DNA from: Acidobacteriota bacterium
Lineage (GTDB): Bacteria; Acidobacteriota; UBA6911; JACQSX01
Reading direction: 5' to 3'
Assembly (NCBI GenBank): GCA_036507075.1
Contig: DASXQR010000042.1
Span: 1-34,100 of the forward strand
Length of the DNA: 34,100 nucleotides
A program made the position numbers and the translations under genes. The notes under the pieces were generated by a model that saw nothing but the letters and a program-made list of their open reading frames with translations, ran no database searches and was not told where the DNA came from. Positions 28,230 through 34,100 of the stretch are shown in pieces (position 1 is the first letter of the stretch; the number at the start of each line of letters is the position of its first letter).

Positions 28230-28919
28230 GTGCTGGCGCTGCGGAAAATCGAACTGGAGTCTCTTCTTAAAGAAAAGCATCTTTTTCCAAATTTCTCATC
28301 ATTTTCCTCCGACTTTCAGGAGAAGCTCGGCACGTCACTTCCGGCCTTAAATGATCTCCTCTCTGGCGGCTTACCCCGGGGGCAAATTTCCGAAATTACC
28401 GGACCGATCTCTTCCGGCAAAAGCAGTTTGCTGTATTCCGTTCTGGCGCAGGCCACCCGCCAGAGGGAAGTCGTCGCCTGTGTGGATTGCAACCAATTCG
28501 ATCCCTGGTCGGCGTATCGAAGCGGATTGGATTTAAAAAAATTACTCTGGGTGAGATGCTCGCAAAGTTATCAACTTTTGAAAGCCGCCGACATTCTCTG
28601 TAATGCCGGAAATTTTGGAGTGATTGCATTGGACATGATCAACCTTAAGCGTGCCGGGCTATACGGGCCGGACGTCTGGTTTCGATTACAGCGTATCGTG
28701 GAAGGGACTAAAACCGTACTGCTGGTATTGTCTGTTCATCCCCAGGCCCGAACTGCCTCGCGCCTCACGCTGAGCTTGAAAAAGAAAGATCTGTACTGGG
28801 AGGGCAGGCAATCAACTTGGAAATTGCTGCAGGGATTTTCCATGGAAGTCAACTGCGCCCGCGGAAAGCGGGACATGACCAAGGTGCTCGTAAGCCGGCA
28901 ATCCCGTAAAACTGCATAA
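28230..28919 (+). CDS. imuA: ImuA-like RecA-family protein
   Basis: LLSGGLPRGQISEITGPISSGKS, VDCNQFDP, LKKLLWVR; first gene of the imuB-dnaE2 cassette. Confidence 0.85.
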   Translation: MLALRKIELESLLKEKHLFPNFSSFSSDFQEKLGTSLPALNDLLSGGLPRGQISEITGPISSGKSSLLYSVLAQATRQREVVACVDCNQFDPWSAYRSGLDLKKLLWVRCSQSYQLLKAADILCNAGNFGVIALDMINLKRAGLYGPDVWFRLQRIVEGTKTVLLVLSVHPQARTASRLTLSLKKKDLYWEGRQSTWKLLQGFSMEVNCARGKRDMTKVLVSRQSRKTA

Positions 28920-28994
28920 ACCGCGAAGGCGCGAAAACGCGAATAAAAATTAACCACCAAAGACACCAAGCTTTGTTCTTGTGTCTTGGTGGTT
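28920..28994. repeat. Decayed CGCGAA arm plus family F hairpin between imuA and imuB
   Basis: accgcgaaggcgcgaaaacgcgaa followed by aaccaccaaagacaccaag / cttgtgtcttggtggtt. Confidence 0.7.
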
Positions 28995-29010
28995 TTTGAT
29001 TTTTTTAAAC

Positions 29011-30429
29011 ATGCAACGTTACGGAGCCGTTTATTTTCACGCGCAAGTCGGCTCTTCTGGCCCATTGGAATCGCAGGAACTGGCGCTTCAGATTGCCGGC
29101 GATTTCTCGCCCTGGGTCGAGCAGGCCGGCATGAACCTGGTGGTGATGGATTTAAGCGGCTTGTCCCGGCAATGGCCCGATGAAAAAGTCCTGGCCCGCA
29201 CGATTGTTCAAAAATTTCAGGACAAAAATCTGCTCGCTCAAATTGCCATTTCTTCCAATCGCGCCACAGCCCGTCTGGTTGCTTCCGGGACTGCGGGCAC
29301 CTCCATCATTCTTCCGGGCCAGGAAAAAGAATTTCTCGCTCCCCTGCCGTTGGCGCTGCTCGAAGCTCCGCTGGAAATAGGGGAAGTTTTTGATCGCTGG
29401 GGATTAAGAACGCTGGGTGATCTGGCAAATCTCCCCGAAAAAGCTCTGGCGCAACGCCTGGATGAAAAAGGCATGGAGCTCTACCGGCAGGCTTGCGGAG
29501 AGGATGCTACCCCTCTGCTGCCCCACACTCCGATTGAAACATTCGAGGTTTTTTATGCCTTCGACTGGCCGCTGGAAAACAGCGAATCTCTGGCGTTCAC
29601 TTTAAATCATCTACTCGATCGATTGTGCCGCCGGCTCGACTCCCGCTCTCTGGTGGCGGAAGCGGTCAGCCTTTCGATGAATCTGGCCGATGGAAGCGAA
29701 AACGCGCGCCATATCCGTTTTGGGTTCCCCTTAAACGATGCCGCTACCATCCTCTCCCTGGTGCGGCTGGATCTGGAAGCCCGGCCCCCGCAAGCCGCCA
29801 TTGAGTCGCTTTTGCTGCGGCTTTATCCTGCGCCTCCCCGGCCGGTGCAATTCTCGCTGGTTGAGCCGCCCATGATTCCTCCCGAAAAGCTGGCCCGTAC
29901 TCTGGCGCGGTTGTGCGCCCTGGTGGGAGACCAAAACGTGGGCTCTCCGGCTTTGCTGGATACTTATCGCCCCGATGCGTTTGAGATGAGACCTTTCGAT
30001 TTAAATCCACCACAGAGACTTCACAGGCGGGGCGGTCGCCAAACAAACTTACCATTGCGGAATGCGGAATGCGGAATGCGGAATAAAGAAAACAGATTCA
30101 CTCTCAATGGAAACAACTCTTCTCTCATTCCGCATTCCGCATTCCCCATTCCGCAATCGGAAGTCGTGATGGCGTTGCGTATTTTCCGACCTTCCCTGCA
30201 GGCGCGGGTAAAGATCGAACGAGTGCGGCCTGTTTCCCTGGAATCCCCCGTTGCCAGCGGAAACATCATCGAGTGCGGCGGTCCCTGGCGAACTTCGGGG
30301 GAGTGGTGGAAGAAAGATCAGCGCTGGGCATGGGATGAATGGGATGTGCTCTTAAACAACGGACAGTTGTACCGACTTTATCGCGATCTGAGCACGGAGC
30401 AGTGGTTTGTTTTCGGAGCATATGACTAG
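29011..30429 (+). CDS. imuB: ImuB, inactive Y-family polymerase homolog, with in-frame palindrome insert
   Basis: FSPWVE, VMDLSG, FLAPLPL, WGLRTLGDLA, GPWRTSGEWW, DEWDV; canonical catalytic motifs not seen. Confidence 0.88.
   Translation: MQRYGAVYFHAQVGSSGPLESQELALQIAGDFSPWVEQAGMNLVVMDLSGLSRQWPDEKVLARTIVQKFQDKNLLAQIAISSNRATARLVASGTAGTSIILPGQEKEFLAPLPLALLEAPLEIGEVFDRWGLRTLGDLANLPEKALAQRLDEKGMELYRQACGEDATPLLPHTPIETFEVFYAFDWPLENSESLAFTLNHLLDRLCRRLDSRSLVAEAVSLSMNLADGSENARHIRFGFPLNDAATILSLVRLDLEARPPQAAIESLLLRLYPAPPRPVQFSLVEPPMIPPEKLARTLARLCALVGDQNVGSPALLDTYRPDAFEMRPFDLNPPQRLHRRGGRQTNLPLRNAECGMRNKENRFTLNGNNSSLIPHSAFPIPQSEVVMALRIFRPSLQARVKIERVRPVSLESPVASGNIIECGGPWRTSGEWWKKDQRWAWDEWDVLLNNGQLYRLYRDLSTEQWFVFGAYD
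30054..30157. repeat. Family A palindrome inside the imuB coding sequence
   Basis: 31-nt arms 30054-30084 / 30127-30157 with one mismatch; translated as LRNAECGMRN...IPHSAFPIPQ. Confidence 0.92.
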
Positions 30430-30432
30430 GCT

Positions 30433-30534
30433 ACGGGTTTCCGAGTTTACGAGTTGACGGGTTACGAGTTGACGAATTGAAAAATTCAAAATTGACTTGT
30501 CAACCCGTAACTCGTCAACCCGCAACCCGCAAAC
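30433..30534. repeat. Family E palindrome filling the imuB-dnaE2 gap
   Basis: acgggtttccgagtttacgagttgacgggttacgagttgacg / ttgtcaacccgtaactcgtcaacccgcaacccgcaaac. Confidence 0.88.
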
Positions 30535-30539
30535 TGAAA

Positions 30540-33500
30540 ATGTACATCGAACTTCATGCCTGCAGCGCCTTCAGTTTTCTCGAAGGGAGCGCTTTGCCGG
30601 AACAACTTGTGAGTCGGGCGGCCCAGCTTGGATATCCCTCCCTGGCGCTGCTGGATCGGGATGGTGTCTACGGCGCTCCCCGTTTTTACAAGGAAGCGCA
30701 AAAAGTGGGAGTTCGTCCTCTGGTGGGAAGCGAAATTACCCTGATGCTTTCCAGGCCCGATACCGGCGGTCTTTGCAGGCTGCCGGTGCTGGTGGAAAAT
30801 CAAACCGGATATCGCAATCTCTGCCGTCTGGTCACGCGCGTGAAGCTGCGCGCCCCCAAAGGAGAAGGCCAGACAAGCATTGCAGAGCTGCAAGAGTTTT
30901 ACCAGGGGCTGGTTTGTCTCACCGGAGGCGACAACGGCCCTCTGCGCGCGTTGCTGCGCGAGCATGGAGTTTCCGAAGCACAGAAATTTCTGGAGCAGTT
31001 GGTTTCCATTTTCGGCAGCCGGAATGTTTACGTGGAGTTGCAGCGGCATTTCATTCGCCGCCAGGAGGAAGAAAATCAGACTCTTATTTCGCTGGCGGGC
31101 CGCTTGCGGCTGCCGCTGCTGGCAACCAACGGCGTGCTCTACGACCAGGCTTGCAGCCGCGCGCTGCTGGATGTGCTTACATGCATCCGCCATAAGACCA
31201 ACCTGGATGAGGCCGGGACCCTGCTGCAGCAAAACGCGGAACGGTATCTGAAAGCTCCCGGAAAAATGGAGAAGATTTTCGCCGATTGCCCGGCCGCCAT
31301 CGCACACACCGTGGAACTGGCGGCGCGCTTGAATTTCACGCTCCAGGATCTGGGATATAAATTTCCCGCCTATCCCGTGCCTGCCGGCGAAAGCATGTCG
31401 GCCTACCTGCGCTGCCTCACGCATATGGGCGGATTGAAACATTACGGAGTCAAGGACACGCGCGCCTGGAAGCAAATCGGACGGGAGCTGGACTTGATTG
31501 AAAAGCTCGATCTGGCCGGCTATTTCCTGATTGTGTGGGATATTGTCCGCTTCTGCCGCGAGGCAAACATCATGGTGCAGGGAAGGGGATCGGCGGCAAA
31601 CAGCGCGGTCTGTTACAGCCTGGGCATTACGGCGGTGGATCCCATTCGAATGGACCTGCTGTTTGAGCGGTTCCTTTCCGAAGAGCGCGGCGAGTGGCCG
31701 GATATCGATCTGGATTTTCCCAGCGGGGACCGCCGCGAGCGCGCCATTCAATACGTTTACGAGCGTTACGGAAAACATGGCGCCGCCATGACAGCCAACG
31801 TTATTACTTACCGGGACAAGAGCGCTTCCAGGGAAGTGGGCAAGGCGCTCGGGTTCGGCCTGGAGCAGATCGACCGTCTTTCGAAATTAATCAGCACCTG
31901 GGGTTATCACGGGGAAGCTCCCAATCTGGCGGAACGACTTTCTCAGGCGGGTTTTCATTTGGATGATCGCCGCGTGGCGCACTTTGCGCGCTTGTGGGAA
32001 TCCATTCAAGACCTGCCGCGCCACCTGGGGCAGCATTCCGGCGGGATGGTGATCTGTCAGGGCGCGTTGGATTCGGTGGTCCCTCTGGAGAATGCCGCCA
32101 TGCCGGGGCGCGTGGTAGTGCAGTGGGACAAGGAAGACTGCGCCGATATGGGAATTGTGAAGGTGGATCTGCTGGGGCTGGGAATGATGTCCGTGCTTCA
32201 GGACTCCATTGGTCTGATTTCCGACGCCTATGGAGACAAGATTGATCTGGCCCACCTTCCGGCGGATGATCCCAGGGTGTATCGAATGCTGCAGCGGGCC
32301 GACACCATCGGATTGTTCCAGGTGGAAAGCCGGGCGCAAATGGCAACGCTTCCCCGCCTGAAGCCCGAATGTTTTTACGATCTGGTTGTGGAAATCGCCA
32401 TCATCCGTCCCGGTCCGATCGTGGGCAATATGGTGCATCCTTACTTAAATCGTCGCGCCGGGCGCGAGCCGGTGCAGTACCCGCATCCCTGTCTGGAACC
32501 CATTTTGAAGCGCACCCTGGGAGTGCCCCTGTTCCAGGAGCAGCTCCTGCGCATCGCGATGGTGGCGGCGAATTTTTCCGGCGGGGAGGCCGAAGAGCTG
32601 AGGCGCGCTTTCGGCTTCAAGCGCTCCGAGGCGCGCATGAAAACGATCGAAGTGAAACTGCGGCGCGGAATGGAGGAGAATGGAATCACAGGCGACACCG
32701 CCGAGCAGATCATCCATTCCATTACCGCTTTTGCGCTGTACGGTTTCCCTGAATCACATTCCGCCAGTTTCGCGCTGCTGGCATATGCCAGCGCTTACCT
32801 GAAGGTTTATTATCCGGCGGCTTTTTATACCGGGCTTTTGAATAATCAGCCGATGGGCTTTTATCATCCCGCAACTCTGATCAAGGACGCGCAGCGGCGC
32901 GGCGTGCGCGTCCGTCCGGTGGATGTGCTGTGTTCCGATTATGACTGTGCCATTGAGGAAGACAAATCCATGCGGCTGGGACTGCGCATGGTCGCGGGCA
33001 TGAAAGCGGAAACAGGCAGACGCATCGCGCAGGAACGCAAGGCAAAGCCGTTTACTTCCCTGGATGATCTGAAAAAGCGCACGCCGGTGAATCGGAGCGA
33101 GTTGGCCACGCTGGCAGAAATCGGCGCTCTCAACAGCCTGGGCCTGCGGCGGCGCGGCGCCCTGTGGCAGATCGAAAAGACAGCGCGCCCGGCGGGAGAG
33201 CTTTTTGAAAACCTGCAGGAATCTGATTCCAATCCTCTGCCCGACATGACACTGGAAGAACGGATTCGTTCCGATTACCGCGGCACCGGCGTTACCGTCG
33301 GCCCCCATCCGATTTCCCTGTACCGCAGGGCGCTGGAACAGAAGGGAGTTGTTCCTGCCCGCCTGCTGCATACGTTGAAGAACGGAAAATGGGTGCGAAT
33401 TGCGGGTTCCGTGATTGTGCGCCAGCGCCCCGGAACTGCTAAAGGATTTTTCTTTGTAACGCTGGAAGATGAAACCGGCGTGTCCAATGCCATCTTCCGA

Positions 33501-33662
33501 CCGCAGATGTTCGAAGAGCAGAGATCGCTGCTGGTTTCTTCACCTTGTCTTCTGATAGAAGGCGTGCTGCAGAATGTGGATGGCGTCATTTCCGTGAAAG
33601 CGGAAAGAGCAGAGCCTCTGGATGTCACCAAACTCTCGGTGCCGTCACATGATTTTCACTGA
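30540..33662 (+). CDS. dnaE2: Error-prone DNA polymerase DnaE2 (ImuC)
   Basis: MYIELHACSAFSFLEG PHP start, GRGSAANS, PDIDLDF, PRHLGQHSGG, YGFPESHS, RQRPGTAKG, C-terminal SHDFH; the ORF-track extension to 30477 is repeat sequence. Confidence 0.96.
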   Translation: MYIELHACSAFSFLEGSALPEQLVSRAAQLGYPSLALLDRDGVYGAPRFYKEAQKVGVRPLVGSEITLMLSRPDTGGLCRLPVLVENQTGYRNLCRLVTRVKLRAPKGEGQTSIAELQEFYQGLVCLTGGDNGPLRALLREHGVSEAQKFLEQLVSIFGSRNVYVELQRHFIRRQEEENQTLISLAGRLRLPLLATNGVLYDQACSRALLDVLTCIRHKTNLDEAGTLLQQNAERYLKAPGKMEKIFADCPAAIAHTVELAARLNFTLQDLGYKFPAYPVPAGESMSAYLRCLTHMGGLKHYGVKDTRAWKQIGRELDLIEKLDLAGYFLIVWDIVRFCREANIMVQGRGSAANSAVCYSLGITAVDPIRMDLLFERFLSEERGEWPDIDLDFPSGDRRERAIQYVYERYGKHGAAMTANVITYRDKSASREVGKALGFGLEQIDRLSKLISTWGYHGEAPNLAERLSQAGFHLDDRRVAHFARLWESIQDLPRHLGQHSGGMVICQGALDSVVPLENAAMPGRVVVQWDKEDCADMGIVKVDLLGLGMMSVLQDSIGLISDAYGDKIDLAHLPADDPRVYRMLQRADTIGLFQVESRAQMATLPRLKPECFYDLVVEIAIIRPGPIVGNMVHPYLNRRAGREPVQYPHPCLEPILKRTLGVPLFQEQLLRIAMVAANFSGGEAEELRRAFGFKRSEARMKTIEVKLRRGMEENGITGDTAEQIIHSITAFALYGFPESHSASFALLAYASAYLKVYYPAAFYTGLLNNQPMGFYHPATLIKDAQRRGVRVRPVDVLCSDYDCAIEEDKSMRLGLRMVAGMKAETGRRIAQERKAKPFTSLDDLKKRTPVNRSELATLAEIGALNSLGLRRRGALWQIEKTARPAGELFENLQESDSNPLPDMTLEERIRSDYRGTGVTVGPHPISLYRRALEQKGVVPARLLHTLKNGKWVRIAGSVIVRQRPGTAKGFFFVTLEDETGVSNAIFRPQMFEEQRSLLVSSPCLLIEGVLQNVDGVISVKAERAEPLDVTKLSVPSHDFH

Positions 33663-33731
33663 AAACTGGCGAATTTTGAATTTGAAAGATTTTTTGGGAC
33701 CTGGCAGGAGACTCGAGTTATCACTTACGAC

Positions 33732-33903
33732 AGTACCGGGGGCGTCAGCCCGCGCACGGCGAATCGCCCCGGTTTCCTCGTGCTCAGTACGGCGGTGGCG
33801 TCAGCCCGCGGCGCGCATATCAAAGGGCCTGAGGCTTTATGCGTCGCAATGCCGGGTCAGATTCCGGCGATGAGCGCGCCGCGGGCTGACGCACCGCGGT
33901 ACT
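33732..33903. repeat. REP-like AGTAC cluster with the same geometry as 27971-28142
   Basis: Direct units at 33732 and 33786 (54-nt period); inverted unit ending at 33903. Confidence 0.82.
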
Positions 33904-33926
33904 GCAAGAGGCAGCGCTAACTCGGC

Positions 33927-34100
33927 TTTGGGATGCGTCCTTCGGCCGCGCTGCACTACTAACCATGAGAATTTTCGCGGCCTGCGCAAATTATTCGGGA
34001 GCGGAGAGACGGCCTGAGGGCCGTCTCAGCTTGGCAGGACACCGCAGAGAGACGGCCCTCAGGCCGTCTCTCCTTGACTTTTGGTTGCGGCTTCGCCGCG
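33927..34100 (-). repeat. CCGCAACCAAA-capped REP doublet (inverted copy of 8290-8388) followed by a second, decayed cap
   Basis: Reverse complement of 34002-34100 equals 8290-8388 with 3 mismatches; the minus strand then reads tttgcgcaggccgcgaaaattctcatggttagtagtgcagcgcggccgaaggacgcatcccaaa. Truncated by the window edge. Confidence 0.85.

Noticed and set aside
33900..34000. Integron attC sites (GTTAG motifs near palindromes)
   Set aside because: No paired R''/R' boxes around cassette ORFs and no integrase.

Overview
Bacterial core-genome region, roughly 55-60% GC by eye; gene content and order suggest Acidobacteriota (inference). Genes in order: LysM lytic transglycosylase (runs off the left edge, absent from the ORF track), S41 protease, tatA-tatC-HAD, dusB, BlaI-like regulator, two SurA/PpiC PPIases, mfd, rfaE2, glmM, cdaR, cdaA, folP, ftsH, tilS, serine acetyltransferase, tmRNA, sulfatase, two small membrane proteins, DUF971, Mrp, CDGSH, a 19-aa hydrophobic ORF and an imuA-imuB-dnaE2 cassette. 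The unusual signal is non-coding. Most gene junctions with room for one hold a palindromic element whose arms are tandem 6-9-mer arrays from at least 8 unit families. These are often nested, often abut stop and start codons, and sometimes lie inside proteins (DusB, Mfd, ImuB). One composite pair of arms encloses almost all of dusB. REP-like clusters with identical geometry bracket the imu cassette. No transposase, integrase, reverse transcriptase or cas gene is present. All alignments and counts were done by eye.
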